64,000 nucleotides of DNA from a virus: the IMG/VR virus record IMGVR_UViG_3300001336_000010, positions 1 to 64,000 of that record; one strand, given 5' to 3'. The notes beneath the pieces are model-generated. The model made no database searches and was not told the origin of the DNA. It saw nothing but the letters and a program-made list of their open reading frames with translations. Below are positions 9,962 through 20,101 of the stretch, one piece after another. Position 1 is the stretch's first letter. The number at the start of each line of letters is the position of its first letter. Made by a program: the position numbers and the translations under genes.

Positions 9962-10339
9962 CTAGAGAAATTTTCCGAACAACATCTTGATGGCCAGGAT
10001 GGGTGGCGGGATTGGATACCGACGCCGATGTGGCATGTCCTGGGTCTTGTACCAGTGGGGCATCATGTTGTCGGCCCAGGAGCCCCGGAACCACAGAACC
10101 AGATGCCCATCTCCCGTCTGGGTCCGCACGAACCAGAAGACGGCCTGGAAGGTGAGGACATAGAACCAGAAGCGGATCAGGTTCTTCTTCGCCAGTACAT
10201 ACAACAGGGTCAGGGCGAACCCGTCGCAGTCGTCGCGGATCGGTCCAGCCCCCTTGGTGATGTTCCAGGTATCCCACTTCCCATCCAAGGTGTAGATGAA
10301 GCGGTTCTCGACGCTCTGCAGTGCTTCCTCCCGGTTCAT
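9962..10339 (-). CDS. Transglutaminase-like cysteine protease-type protein
   Basis: DDCDGFA...GHLVL...WADN resembles the Cys-His-Asp triad of the BTLCP family. Confidence 0.5.
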   Translation of the reverse strand: MNREEALQSVENRFIYTLDGKWDTWNITKGAGPIRDDCDGFALTLLYVLAKKNLIRFWFYVLTFQAVFWFVRTQTGDGHLVLWFRGSWADNMMPHWYKTQDMPHRRRYPIPPPILAIKMLFGKFL

Positions 10340-12039
10340 GCTTCACACGCGCTGCAGCTGAGGATGTCCCGCACGAGCTCCTGGCTCATGTTCTGCCCCT
10401 TCTGGTAGTAGAGGGACTTTACCCCCATCCGCCACGCCGACAGGACTAGCTCGTTCACATCCTTCATTGGGGTCTTGGGGTGGATCATCAGATTGATCGA
10501 CTGCATCTGGTCGATGAAGTTCTGGCGGGCTGCGGCCTGCTGGATGATTTCCATCTGGGAGATTTCGCCGAAGGTCTTGAACACGGCCCTTTCATGGTCT
10601 GTCAGGCAGGTCAGGTGCTGAACCGAACCACCGCGGGCCAGAATGGACTTCCAGGTGTCATCGAGCCAGGTGTCTCTCCAGCGATCCTGTTCGTGGTCCG
10701 ACAGATCCTTGGGGATGAACTCCAGGACGCGGTCCTCGAGCAGCTCTTCCAGATAGGGGTTGCGGTAGGTGAACTTCCCCTTGGCGAGGTTCATCGTGCC
10801 ATAGGTGAACTGTTCGGGTTCGATCGAGGCCGACACCTGGCCAAGAATGAACGAAGAGCTCTTGGTGGGGGCGATGGCCGTCAGGGTGACATTACGGCGA
10901 CCGTATCCTTTGAGCAGGGGCGGCTCTCCGTAGATCTCGGCCAGTTTCTTGCTGGCTTCCAGGGCCTGGGTCGCGATGGTCTTGTGGACTTCCACGTTCA
11001 GCAGCTTGGCTTCGAAGCTCTCGAAGGGGATCATCTTGGAGTGCAGCATCGAGTGGTAGCCAAGGGTGCCCAGACCGATCGCGCGCTGGTTCACAGCGAA
11101 GTTGTGGGCGGCTTCCATGTGAGGCATGTTCGCCGTCTTCTCGATGTACTCGGACATGACAGCGTCGAGGAAGAACACATAGGTCTCGACCGCGTCGGTG
11201 TCCTTCCATTCGTCGTAGTAGAGCAGGTTCATCGAACCGAGGTCGCAGACGTAGCTCTCGTTCAGGCTTGAGGCCAGGGCGATCTCGCTGCACAGGTTCG
11301 AGCCCTTGATGATCATGCCTTTGTCGAGATAGACGTCTGGGGCCAGGCGGTTCACCGTGTCGTGGAAAACGATGTAGGGGAAGCCTGTCTCGTAACGCTT
11401 CTTGTGAACCCTGGCCCAGATCTGGCGCTTCTTGGGGTCACCGGCTTCCATTTCTTCCAACCACTGGTCCGTGACCGTGATGCCGAGGGACAGCTGTTGG
11501 ATCAGCGAACCCTCCTCACGACACCCGAGGAATTCCTCGATATCGGGGTGTTCGATCGGCAAATACGCGGCGAAGTTCCCCCGACGCACGTTCCCCTGGC
11601 TGATCACGTCGATCTGGGTTTCGAACAAGCGCATGAAATGCACAGGGCCATCGGCGTGACCACCCGTATTGATCTCTGACCCCCGTGGGCGTAGATCCCC
11701 GAAGAAGCCCGATGTGCCAGCTCCGTTCTTGGTCATCATGCCGACCTCGCCGAGCTTGGTCATCATGCCGGCGATGTCGTCAGGAATGTAGCTGTTGTTG
11801 CAGGAGATCGGCAGGCTGTAGCGGCCGAAGTTGGACATGACCGGGCTGGCCACGCTGTACCAGCCACGGCTGGCATAATCGTAGAACTTCCGGGCGAAGC
11901 CGGGGCTTTCCAGGATCAGTTCAGCGGTCTGGGCCATTTCCCAGAAACGCTGTTCGGTTGTCTGGCCTTCAGCCAGATAGCCCCGCGCCTGGAACTGGCG
12001 GGAGGCGGGGTTGGCCCATGAGAAGGGGATGCGTGTCAA
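10336..12039 (-). CDS. nrdA: Ribonucleotide reductase class I alpha subunit
   Basis: PISC, GSNLCSEI, AIAPTKSSS, KSLYY, C-terminal CSACE. Confidence 0.95.
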   Translation of the reverse strand: MTRIPFSWANPASRQFQARGYLAEGQTTEQRFWEMAQTAELILESPGFARKFYDYASRGWYSVASPVMSNFGRYSLPISCNNSYIPDDIAGMMTKLGEVGMMTKNGAGTSGFFGDLRPRGSEINTGGHADGPVHFMRLFETQIDVISQGNVRRGNFAAYLPIEHPDIEEFLGCREEGSLIQQLSLGITVTDQWLEEMEAGDPKKRQIWARVHKKRYETGFPYIVFHDTVNRLAPDVYLDKGMIIKGSNLCSEIALASSLNESYVCDLGSMNLLYYDEWKDTDAVETYVFFLDAVMSEYIEKTANMPHMEAAHNFAVNQRAIGLGTLGYHSMLHSKMIPFESFEAKLLNVEVHKTIATQALEASKKLAEIYGEPPLLKGYGRRNVTLTAIAPTKSSSFILGQVSASIEPEQFTYGTMNLAKGKFTYRNPYLEELLEDRVLEFIPKDLSDHEQDRWRDTWLDDTWKSILARGGSVQHLTCLTDHERAVFKTFGEISQMEIIQQAAARQNFIDQMQSINLMIHPKTPMKDVNELVLSAWRMGVKSLYYQKGQNMSQELVRDILSCSACEA

Positions 12040-13013
12040 AATAGGTCTCCTGCGTCAAACGACTGCGTCCCTTTTCCGTATTCGACGGGACGTTTCTGGA
12101 AGAAATCGGTGGTCGTGGTGCCGAGAGACTCCTCGTCCATCCACCGGGTGAGGGTCAGCATCTCCTTGCTGACCGGGAGAACCGGGGCGAACCCGATTGC
12201 GTCCAAGGACGTGTTGATGCGATCGGCGATGTAATTCTTGAGGACTTCGGGGGAGATCCCGGGCTCGGCATGAGCGTAGTCTCCCAGGATCCATTCAATC
12301 ACCTGGCCCTCGGCCAGAAAGGCTTCGAATGCCTCGCTGCGAACGCGCTCTTCCAGTTCGGCGTCGAACAGGTCGGGGTATTCTTCCCGCAGGGTGTTGA
12401 TGATCTTGATGCCCACTTGGGCGTGGAGCTGTTCTTCGTTCCGGGTGTATTCGACCTGCTGGGCCGTATCCTTGAGGACGTTGTGGAACCGGTTGAAGTG
12501 CATCACGATGAGAAACTGGCTGAACAGCGAGACGTTCTCGACGAAGAGGGTGAAGAGAGCAATCGCGTAGATGTATTGCTTGCGGTCGTCTTCGTAGGTC
12601 CGGTTGAGATACTTTCGCAGATACTTGACCCGGCCTTCAACAACGGGCTCCTTCAGGTTGTCCTCGAAGACGCTCTGCAGGCCAAGGACGCTCAAAAGCT
12701 TCTCATAGGCCTGATTGTGGATGACCTCGTTCTGCGCCATGACAAAGCCAAGGTCCGTGAGGCCGGGGTGGGGGAGATTGTCGCCCAGATTGGCCCAGAA
12801 TTTCTTGACCGCGATCTCGATCTGCCCGATGGCAGAGAGGGTGCGGACGATGACGCCTCGTTGTTCCGCGGTCAGTTCCCCATGAAACTGGGCATAATCG
12901 GACCGGAAGTTGAACTCGTTCGGCGTCCAGTGGCTCTGCCAGATTGCGTCGATGAAATCCTGGGTCCAAGGATACTTGTTCGGTTTTCGGGAAACCTGCT
13001 CAGTGAACAGCAT
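12036..13013 (-). CDS. nrdB: Ribonucleotide reductase class I beta subunit
   Basis: WTPNEF, NEVIHNQAY, ENVSLFSQF, NEEQLH, DFF..RPVEY. Confidence 0.95.
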   Translation of the reverse strand: MLFTEQVSRKPNKYPWTQDFIDAIWQSHWTPNEFNFRSDYAQFHGELTAEQRGVIVRTLSAIGQIEIAVKKFWANLGDNLPHPGLTDLGFVMAQNEVIHNQAYEKLLSVLGLQSVFEDNLKEPVVEGRVKYLRKYLNRTYEDDRKQYIYAIALFTLFVENVSLFSQFLIVMHFNRFHNVLKDTAQQVEYTRNEEQLHAQVGIKIINTLREEYPDLFDAELEERVRSEAFEAFLAEGQVIEWILGDYAHAEPGISPEVLKNYIADRINTSLDAIGFAPVLPVSKEMLTLTRWMDEESLGTTTTDFFQKRPVEYGKGTQSFDAGDLF

Positions 13014-13091
13014 GCGCAACTCCGGTTGAAATGAAAAGGTCCGGTGAGCAAGTCGCCGGACCTTCAGAACTACCAGATCGTTAAGTCAAAG

Positions 13092-13400
13092 TCATTCTTG
13101 ACTTCGGGAAATGGGCTGGATTTTTTTAATCGTTTGCTGGGCCATATGGGCCGCTCGGGCCTCCATGTCGCCGGAGTCAACGTCCAAGGCCCACCAGATC
13201 TTATGGAGGTTCCTCTCGGCCAGAGCCAGTTTGGCTTCCAACACATCCAAGCTGTCGGCCATTCTCTCCATCATCGGAATGGTCCCCAGCCGGGGGGAGT
13301 GGCCCGCCCGGTCAAGCAGACGGATCTGCTTCTCGATCGCTTCTCGGCTGATGTCAGTGTCGAATTCTGAAAAGCGATCGATGTCCTCTTGCGTGATCAT
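13092..13400 (-). CDS. Hypothetical protein
   Basis: ATGA-coupled ORF in the operon. Confidence 0.55.
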   Translation of the reverse strand: MITQEDIDRFSEFDTDISREAIEKQIRLLDRAGHSPRLGTIPMMERMADSLDVLEAKLALAERNLHKIWWALDVDSGDMEARAAHMAQQTIKKIQPISRSQE

Positions 13401-13936
13401 GTTCCGACAGCCTCCATCTCGGCGGCGACATCCCGGTTGACCGCTGCCTCGGTTGTGAACTTTTCAGGATACCGGGCAGACAGCTTGCCGATATTGGCCT
13501 GCTTGAGGTCGTCCAAGGTCCATCCCTCGTCTTCGGCCAGGATCTGGACAGCATATAGGACACTCCCGACATGCTGGCCAAACCGCGCTTCGTCGAGGTC
13601 CAGGCCATAGAACAAGCTGCGTTTGATGCAATCCAGACCCTCGCCTGCCGAGCCGAGCAATGCCCGGAAGGGGTCTTCCTCGACTAGCTCCCGGTTGCAG
13701 AGCAGGATCAGCTTCTCGATCTCGTCAAGCTCGAAGACCGAGGCCACGATCGCCACATACCAGAGGATATCGCCGAGCTCTTCCTTGACATTGGTCACAT
13801 CCTCGTCGCTGAGCAGCAGCTCGGCGACCTCGGTCGACATCCCGACGGCCGCATGGAGAAGTCGGGGTGTGTCCACCTTGAAGAGGTCGATGCTTTCGGT
13901 GCGGGTGGCTTGGTCGATGTAGTCTTTCATGGTCAT
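13397..13936 (-). CDS. MazG-like nucleotide pyrophosphohydrolase
   Basis: LLHAAVGMSTEVAEL, EELGDILWY, NIGKLSARYPEKF. Confidence 0.85.
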   Translation of the reverse strand: MTMKDYIDQATRTESIDLFKVDTPRLLHAAVGMSTEVAELLLSDEDVTNVKEELGDILWYVAIVASVFELDEIEKLILLCNRELVEEDPFRALLGSAGEGLDCIKRSLFYGLDLDEARFGQHVGSVLYAVQILAEDEGWTLDDLKQANIGKLSARYPEKFTTEAAVNRDVAAEMEAVGT

Positions 13937-14280
13937 TCCTGTTCTGTAAGCTGGAGAAAGTCTTCGCTGGTCATCAGGCTCATCGGGCTGTCGGCGCCGT
14001 TGTACCAGGTGCAGCTGAAGGGTCGTGCCTCGTCGAGGGCCAGTTCGAGGCCGTAGGAGATACCCAGCGCCCCCATATATTCCTGAGAGATCGCGTGAGT
14101 TGGATCAAAGAACACCCCATAGGGGTCTGCCCTCTCGGCGGCGATGAACGCAACGGTGCCGTCGTAGCTGATCTGCAACTCTGATCTGTCCCGGTCGAGA
14201 ACTTCGAACAAGGCGGCAGGGTCTTTTGGGGGGTTGAGTACCGGGGCCATAAGGCCCCGGCTAAATACATCACCGCTCAT
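13933..14280 (-). CDS. Hypothetical protein
   Basis: Coupled ORF in the operon. Confidence 0.55.
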   Translation of the reverse strand: MSGDVFSRGLMAPVLNPPKDPAALFEVLDRDRSELQISYDGTVAFIAAERADPYGVFFDPTHAISQEYMGALGISYGLELALDEARPFSCTWYNGADSPMSLMTSEDFLQLTEQE

Positions 14281-15106
14281 GGGCAGCCTCCCCGGGGATC
14301 ATCTTGCGGAACTGGCACCACCCATACAGGTTGCCATGCAGTTCTGGCTTGCCCCAGCGTTTGCGCGACCAGCGCTTGTCAGGTGTGGCCTGATGTTCTG
14401 TCGGGCTGGCATGTTTCGGGTCTCCTCCCATGAGACGATCGAACAGTGCCTTATCGGCCTCCAAAGTCGTGGAGACACCATCGTGGGTCAGATAGCTGAC
14501 CCGGGCGCAGCGCGCGGCAGAGACCTTGCGGGCCGTCTCGAGGTCAAGGGAGGGGTCTGTGGCGTAGGGAAGATGCCACTCACCAGGTTCCAACGGGGTT
14601 GGCTCCGATGCCTCGAGCGCGTCCAATATGGCGAAGGCCAAGGCCTGGATCGTAGGGTCGGCGTCCTCGTGTGCCCGGAGAGCGAAGAAGTTTGCCCAGT
14701 CCGTGCCCGTGGCAACCACCTCGATATGGCTCCAGGGCTCGAGCATACGGTTCGCGACCTGCTTGTGCGCCCCGGCCCACTGCGACACCCTGGCCCCCAG
14801 GATAGCGGCGCGCTTGACGCTGTGCCAGGCCAGACGCACCAGAACCCGGCGGATGCCGGTGAGCTCTGCTCCAGCTTGCATCCCCGGCTGGTTGGAGCCC
14901 CACGCGACGGGTTCGGCCGGATCGGCCAGGATGTTCTTGATCACCCGCTTGATCGGGACCGCCCGACTGGAGCCCGCGTTCCGGCTGGGCTTTCGATGCG
15001 TCATGAATTCAGAGTGGATAAGGCGGGGGTATTTGAGCTGGAAAGTGGTGAGCCGGATACCTTCCGGGCTCACACTGTCCAGAATAACCTTGGCTTCGAT
15101 GCTCAC
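14270..15106 (-). CDS. thyX: FAD-dependent thymidylate synthase (phage type)
   Basis: THRKPSRNAGSSRAVP, HKQVANRMLEP, SAARCARVSY, HASPTEHQA. Confidence 0.85.
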   Translation of the reverse strand: MSIEAKVILDSVSPEGIRLTTFQLKYPRLIHSEFMTHRKPSRNAGSSRAVPIKRVIKNILADPAEPVAWGSNQPGMQAGAELTGIRRVLVRLAWHSVKRAAILGARVSQWAGAHKQVANRMLEPWSHIEVVATGTDWANFFALRAHEDADPTIQALAFAILDALEASEPTPLEPGEWHLPYATDPSLDLETARKVSAARCARVSYLTHDGVSTTLEADKALFDRLMGGDPKHASPTEHQATPDKRWSRKRWGKPELHGNLYGWCQFRKMIPGEAAHER

Positions 15107-15336
15107 AGCTCAACCTCATTGAGCTGCGCGACCGCGCCGGCCAGGTGGTGGTCGATCAAGGTGGCGATAAGCGCCTCGTCCACGCCGGCCTGCTTGGCCT
15201 CCTGGTAGCAGTCCTTGTAGCAATGGATGAGATCCAATGCGGACTCGCGAATGATTGCCGTGAATTGTGCCGTCGCGTCGTTCAGTTCCCGGTGCAGAGT
15301 GCTCACGGGGTCTTCGGTTTGCATGATGGCTGTCAT
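15103..15336 (-). CDS. Hypothetical protein
   Basis: Coupled ORF. Confidence 0.55.
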   Translation of the reverse strand: MTAIMQTEDPVSTLHRELNDATAQFTAIIRESALDLIHCYKDCYQEAKQAGVDEALIATLIDHHLAGAVAQLNEVEL

Positions 15337-15890
15337 CTGGATCTTTCCTGTATGTAAGTGACTGCTTTTGCGTGAAGTTGTTCGATGGAGCCGGTGTTGT
15401 AGAAGGTCTCACTCGCCTCCAACCGGTTCATTTCCATCTCAGAGATGTGGGGATCATTGCCCTCCAACCCTGGCCGGTGGACCCGGACTAGCTCACCACC
15501 CAGATCCTCGATCACACGATGCTCGTGTTCGAACCTGATGTCGGTGCAGATTACATCTACGCCTTTGATCAAGAGCTCCTCGGCTTTATGGCGGAAGATC
15601 TCCGACCAGATTAGGTGATCTGGGTCGATCATCCTCCCCCATTCGGTGCCAAGACTCTGCATCGCCAACCGCGGGGTCGCCCCACGGAGGACTTCGCAAG
15701 GGGTCTGCTTCAGATCCCCATCGATCTTTCTCTGAATGATTTCCCCCTCCAGCCCTGCGGAGCGATACATCGACCAAAGCATACCCTTCAGAGGGTCGGC
15801 CATTTTCAGGACGAGGAACCCCCTCTGGATGAAAGGGTGCGAGAAGGTATCCTTCCCGCTGCCCTTGTTTCCTATCACACCAACCAGCAT
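15333..15890 (-). CDS. Deoxynucleoside monophosphate kinase
   Basis: GNKGSGKDT, ADPLK, TPRLAMQSLGTEWGR, DIRFEHE, HISE. Confidence 0.9.
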   Translation of the reverse strand: MLVGVIGNKGSGKDTFSHPFIQRGFLVLKMADPLKGMLWSMYRSAGLEGEIIQRKIDGDLKQTPCEVLRGATPRLAMQSLGTEWGRMIDPDHLIWSEIFRHKAEELLIKGVDVICTDIRFEHEHRVIEDLGGELVRVHRPGLEGNDPHISEMEMNRLEASETFYNTGSIEQLHAKAVTYIQERSR

Positions 15891-16228
15891 CAGTAGAACC
15901 AGGGTGTGCGGCGGATTGGTTGCCGGGTGGAGGGGACGGCATACTGGATGATCCATTCACCATCCCGCCCCTGACACATGGTGACGCGGCCACGGTCATG
16001 ATCGCGCTTGGCGTCGATCAAGGTCTGGGCATCCTCCACCGGCCAGTGGGGTGCTGTGGCACGGCGGCGGGAGATGATATGCCGTTGGAGAGATGGCCGG
16101 CCCCACCCTGGGAGATGATCCCCCCGCTCCATCATCGTGGCCCGGATGTCTGACAGCTTGCAGCCTGTCATCCGCTGGACCTCATATGGGTTCCGTGTCT
16201 TCTCGAGGGCGTCCGGTATTTTCTTCAT
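15890..16228 (-). CDS. Hypothetical phage protein
   Basis: Coupled ORF. Confidence 0.6.
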   Translation of the reverse strand: MKKIPDALEKTRNPYEVQRMTGCKLSDIRATMMERGDHLPGWGRPSLQRHIISRRRATAPHWPVEDAQTLIDAKRDHDRGRVTMCQGRDGEWIIQYAVPSTRQPIRRTPWFY

Positions 16229-17985
16229 TTTTTCAGCTCGATCGTGTTTTGGGTTTCGGGGCGCTTGTGAGTGACCAGGATCACCTGTGAGACCTGATCG
16301 GTGAGGCGTTGCAGTGCGTCGGCGGTGTAGGCCGCGCGGTCGTCGTCCATGGCTGCATCGACCTCATCGGCCATGAACAATGAGAAGACCCGGTTGGTTA
16401 GGATCTGACCGAGGGCGATGCGGATGGCCAGGTTGGCCACGGCCTTGCCGCTCCCGGAGAGCGTGTTGATCCGCTGCTGGTCGATCAGGATCTCGAAATC
16501 TTCGTCGACCTCGACCTCGTAGCGTTCACCGCCGGTCATGCGCGACAGCAGCATTGAGGCCACCTTGTTTAGCGACGGGAGAAGATGCGTCTTCACGCTG
16601 ACCTTCAGCGCCTGGATGATCTCGCGGGCCTTCAGGAACTCGCCCGACTTCTTCTCAAGGGCCTCGACCTCGGCTGTTTTCTCGTTGAACACCTCGAGGT
16701 CACGCTCGTAGCGCTTCTGGTCACGCTCGTAGATCTGGGCCATCTGAAGCTCTGTCTCCAGTGCGGCCAACTCCTGGTCCACACCCTCGAGCTCGGCGAA
16801 GCGCGCCTTCTTCTCTTCGAGGCCAGTGTTGTATTCGTTCCAGGCCTTCAACTGGCGCTGGTAGGTGTCCAGCTTGCCTTCGTAGTCCAGGACCAGAGAC
16901 AGTTCTTCGGAGCGATCCGGCATGTCGGCCAGGGTCGTCTCCATCGTCTCGATCCGCTCCTGCAGGTCGAGGATCTGGTCCGCGTTGCCCAGACGAGCCC
17001 GATGCTGATCCACCTGGCGACGGCTCATGTCCGGGCGCTCGGCCGGCTCGACGTCTGCCAACTCGCCAAGGTCGGCAACTGGCCACTCGTGCTGGCACTC
17101 GGGGCAGCAGATGTGACCTTGGGCCAGCAGGCGCTTCTTCTGGTCCCAACGGTCGGCGGCGTCGTGCTGGCTCTCGATCCCGTCCAGATCGGCTGCGGCC
17201 CATTCCTCGGGCTCGATGCCCTCGACCTTGCGGGTCAGGTTCTGGACCGACTGGATCAGGTTGTCCCGGGCCACACGGTAGTCCTTCAGCTCTTTCGAGC
17301 TGGCCTCGGACGGGCTGTCACCGGGGGCGACCGGCTCCCGCGGCGTGTGGGACAGGAACCCTTTCAGCTGGTTGAACTCGGCGAGGTCGGTGCGCAGCGA
17401 CTGCACGTCGATCTCTGAAGAGGGACGGTAGCCCTCGGGCTTGACCGGCACGGACGGCTCGATCAGGCCGGAGGCCAGTGCAGCCGCCTCCCGCTTGAGT
17501 GCGTTGCCTTCGCTGCCGCAGTGCTTGATCAGATCGTCCAGCACGTTGAGGCCTACCGTCTGGTCCACCATGGCCTTGCGGTTGGCCGGGGTCATCTCGG
17601 ACAGGGCTTCGATGTTGCCCTGGTTGCAGGCGTTGGCCACGTCGAACACGTTCAGGTCGTAGCCCAGCACCCGGCGGATGGCCTCGTCGACCGGCTTGGT
17701 GCCAGCCACGTTCAGGGTGTCGCCGGTCAGCGTGACCTTGGCGCCCTTGCGGACCACGGAGTAGTCCTCGCCGGCCACGATGAAGTCCAGCTCGACATGG
17801 AGCTTCTTGTAGTCCTCACCCTTGCCCCGTAGGGCCTTCGAGCCGAACAGCGCGTAGCGGATCATCTCGACGATCAACGACTTGCCGCTCTCGTTGGGGC
17901 CGATGACCCCGGTCAGGCCGGTCTCGAACGTGAACGTCCGGTCCTGATGGGTGAAGCAGTTGTCGAGGTATAAACGGGTGATCAT
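16225..17985 (-). CDS. SbcC/Rad50-like recombination ATPase
   Basis: GPNESGKS, CPEC zinc hook within a coiled coil, LSGSG signature, DEVD, VTH. Confidence 0.9.
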   Translation of the reverse strand: MITRLYLDNCFTHQDRTFTFETGLTGVIGPNESGKSLIVEMIRYALFGSKALRGKGEDYKKLHVELDFIVAGEDYSVVRKGAKVTLTGDTLNVAGTKPVDEAIRRVLGYDLNVFDVANACNQGNIEALSEMTPANRKAMVDQTVGLNVLDDLIKHCGSEGNALKREAAALASGLIEPSVPVKPEGYRPSSEIDVQSLRTDLAEFNQLKGFLSHTPREPVAPGDSPSEASSKELKDYRVARDNLIQSVQNLTRKVEGIEPEEWAAADLDGIESQHDAADRWDQKKRLLAQGHICCPECQHEWPVADLGELADVEPAERPDMSRRQVDQHRARLGNADQILDLQERIETMETTLADMPDRSEELSLVLDYEGKLDTYQRQLKAWNEYNTGLEEKKARFAELEGVDQELAALETELQMAQIYERDQKRYERDLEVFNEKTAEVEALEKKSGEFLKAREIIQALKVSVKTHLLPSLNKVASMLLSRMTGGERYEVEVDEDFEILIDQQRINTLSGSGKAVANLAIRIALGQILTNRVFSLFMADEVDAAMDDDRAAYTADALQRLTDQVSQVILVTHKRPETQNTIELKK

Positions 17986-18884
17986 TGCTCAAAAAACTCC
18001 ATCAGTTCGTCCTTGATCGACAGCCCGTCCAAGGCCGAAGCCAGGAGCTGGTTAATGTCGAGGCTTTCGAATTCCGAGGTGTCCACAACCACGTCCTCCC
18101 TGGCCTCACGCTTCGCAGTGAGCGACAGGCAGTCCAGATCATGGGGCAGGGTCTCGCCTTCCTTCAGCAGGACACGGACATTCAGGTTGGTGACGTCTTG
18201 CTCAATCGGCAGGCCAGTCGTCACATAGAGACGGCCGTCGGGATCCTCGGCATGGGTGTAGGGCTGCATCGAACCCGTCACGATGATCTTGACCCCATGG
18301 CGCTTCTCTTCGCGGGCCAGGTGGTCATGGCCAGAGATAGCCAGGGTGATGCCTTTCTTGGCCAGGAGCGCCGTGGGGATCACGTTGTGACCACCCCAAT
18401 CCTGAATATCCCAGTGGCCGAAAACCGCGTCGAGCCCGTCTGGTAGCTCGGCCACCAGCTCTTCAGTCGGCAGGAAAGGGTGGTAGGGAACGAACCCAAA
18501 ATTGCCGAAGACCACTGGTACGTCCTGGACGACAAGGATATTGTCCTGTGCCTCGACCAGTGCGGTGAAGAGATCGAAGCTGGACGACTTGCTGCAGTCC
18601 TTGGCCCGGTCGTGGTTGCCTTCCAGGATCACGAAGGTTGTGTTCGGGTTTTTGTTCGCCGCTCCGATGTAAAGCTCGGCCGCTTTCAGAACGACCTCGG
18701 GCGGAACCACGAACTTGTCAAACAGATCGCCCATGTTGACGTGATAGTCCGTATCGACGCTGTTGAGCCCGGTCTCGAACTCTTTCCAGACCATCGCCTC
18801 GCGATCGCCAACCCGGTGGAGGGGCACCCCCGTCTTGAAAACGCGACCCAGATGCGGGTCGCCCATGGTCGTGTAACTCTTCAT
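17982..18884 (-). CDS. SbcD/Mre11-like nuclease
   Basis: GDPHLG, GDLFD, GNHD, GHW, SGHDH; adjacent to the SbcC-like gene. Confidence 0.9.
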   Translation of the reverse strand: MKSYTTMGDPHLGRVFKTGVPLHRVGDREAMVWKEFETGLNSVDTDYHVNMGDLFDKFVVPPEVVLKAAELYIGAANKNPNTTFVILEGNHDRAKDCSKSSSFDLFTALVEAQDNILVVQDVPVVFGNFGFVPYHPFLPTEELVAELPDGLDAVFGHWDIQDWGGHNVIPTALLAKKGITLAISGHDHLAREEKRHGVKIIVTGSMQPYTHAEDPDGRLYVTTGLPIEQDVTNLNVRVLLKEGETLPHDLDCLSLTAKREAREDVVVDTSEFESLDINQLLASALDGLSIKDELMEFFEQ

Positions 18885-19414
18885 TTGGACGCCTCCTTGT
18901 TATCAAGGGCGGTGAACAGGGTGACGATCTGATGCAGAACGTCGTGGAGGGCGTTGTGGGCATCCCCTGAGAAGGGCAGTTCCCGGTCCAGGTTCGGCTG
19001 GCCAAGGGCCCAGGTGATGCTGCGCAAATCCTTGCAGTCCCAGTAGGCGAAGGGTTTGGCTATGCCATATTCGGCGAAGTAGCTCTCCAGGAACGGATAC
19101 TCGAACGAGATCGGCTTCGCCCAGAGCGTGACGTTCGTACCACACCAGGCTCCGAATTCCTGGATCACAGTGCGAGGGTCACGCATGCGGCGCCAGATGC
19201 CTTCGAGGATGTGTTCGTCCTGAGTGGCCCACCAGTCGCGGGTCTCTTCCTGCCAGTAACGATTGGCTGGTACACCCAGGCACTGGTTGAACATGTTCAT
19301 GTCGAGAGACCGGGTCTCCAGATCGAACTTTACGGCAGCAATCTGGATGATCGCTGTGTGGTTCGGGTTCGTCCCGGTGGTTTCGATGTCGACCATGATG
19401 TTGCTATATGTCAT
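18881..19414 (-). CDS. DEDDh 3'-5' exonuclease
   Basis: MVDIETTG...HNALHDVLHQ. Confidence 0.85.
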   Translation of the reverse strand: MTYSNIMVDIETTGTNPNHTAIIQIAAVKFDLETRSLDMNMFNQCLGVPANRYWQEETRDWWATQDEHILEGIWRRMRDPRTVIQEFGAWCGTNVTLWAKPISFEYPFLESYFAEYGIAKPFAYWDCKDLRSITWALGQPNLDRELPFSGDAHNALHDVLHQIVTLFTALDNKEASK

Positions 19415-19820
19415 ACTTGAATTCTTCCAGTTCTTGCCAGGTCATGGACTTCTTTGACCTTAGGGTGGTGTGGACAACTGGGGCGGGGATGCAGAACCAT
19501 TGGTCCAACTCTTCTGCTCTGACGAAGAAGAAGTAGATGCCTCCAGCAGCGACGGTGCGGCGCGAGGCAGCGATCTGCCCCTTGCGCAAGTTCTTGAAAT
19601 GAAAGTGTTTTGGATCGATGGTGGATTTCACTTCAGCGAAAAACCACTCCCCAGAAACCACACAGATGTAATCCGCGGGTTGGGCGGCAACGAAAGCCCT
19701 AGCGCCTCCGGTAGCCTTGGCTGCGGCCGTGTCCGTAAGACGGAACACGGCCGCATCCTTGCCATACTGCTCGAAGTGAGCTTCGAATGCCTGTTCGGCT
19801 TTTTTCCACTTTGCTCTCAT
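19404..19820 (-). CDS. PD-(D/E)xK nuclease, RecU-like Holliday junction resolvase
   Basis: PADY...FAEVKST...KGQ. Confidence 0.75.
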   Translation of the reverse strand: MRAKWKKAEQAFEAHFEQYGKDAAVFRLTDTAAAKATGGARAFVAAQPADYICVVSGEWFFAEVKSTIDPKHFHFKNLRKGQIAASRRTVAAGGIYFFFVRAEELDQWFCIPAPVVHTTLRSKKSMTWQELEEFKYDI

Positions 19821-20012
19821 GAAGTCGTTCTATATCACGACTTCAGTCGTGACTAGTTTCGACTTCTGGAAATCAGGATATCGATGGTCGGCTGATCCTC
19901 AACCGTGGTTACGACTTGGACACCTTCGATATGCCTGAGGGGCAGACAAGCGTCCTTGTAGGTCAAGGAGCCTTCGCAGTGGCACTCCTGGATAAAATCC
20001 GCCTGTTGTTGC

Positions 20013-20040
20013 AAAGAAAGGAGGATCCGAAGATCCTCCC
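20013..20040 (-). terminator. Intrinsic terminator with cUUCGg loop
   Basis: Minus strand GGAGGATC-TTCG-GATCCTCC-TTTCTTT. Confidence 0.7.
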
Positions 20041-20101
20041 TACGTTCTCCCGCAAACTGCGTTTGCGGGAGTGGAAATCGCGAGGATCATGAAGGCCGCG
20101 A

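Noticed and set aside
10336-12039. Intein or intron in nrdA (short insertion near the C-terminus)
   Set aside because: Only about 20 aa, no splicing motifs, continuous frame
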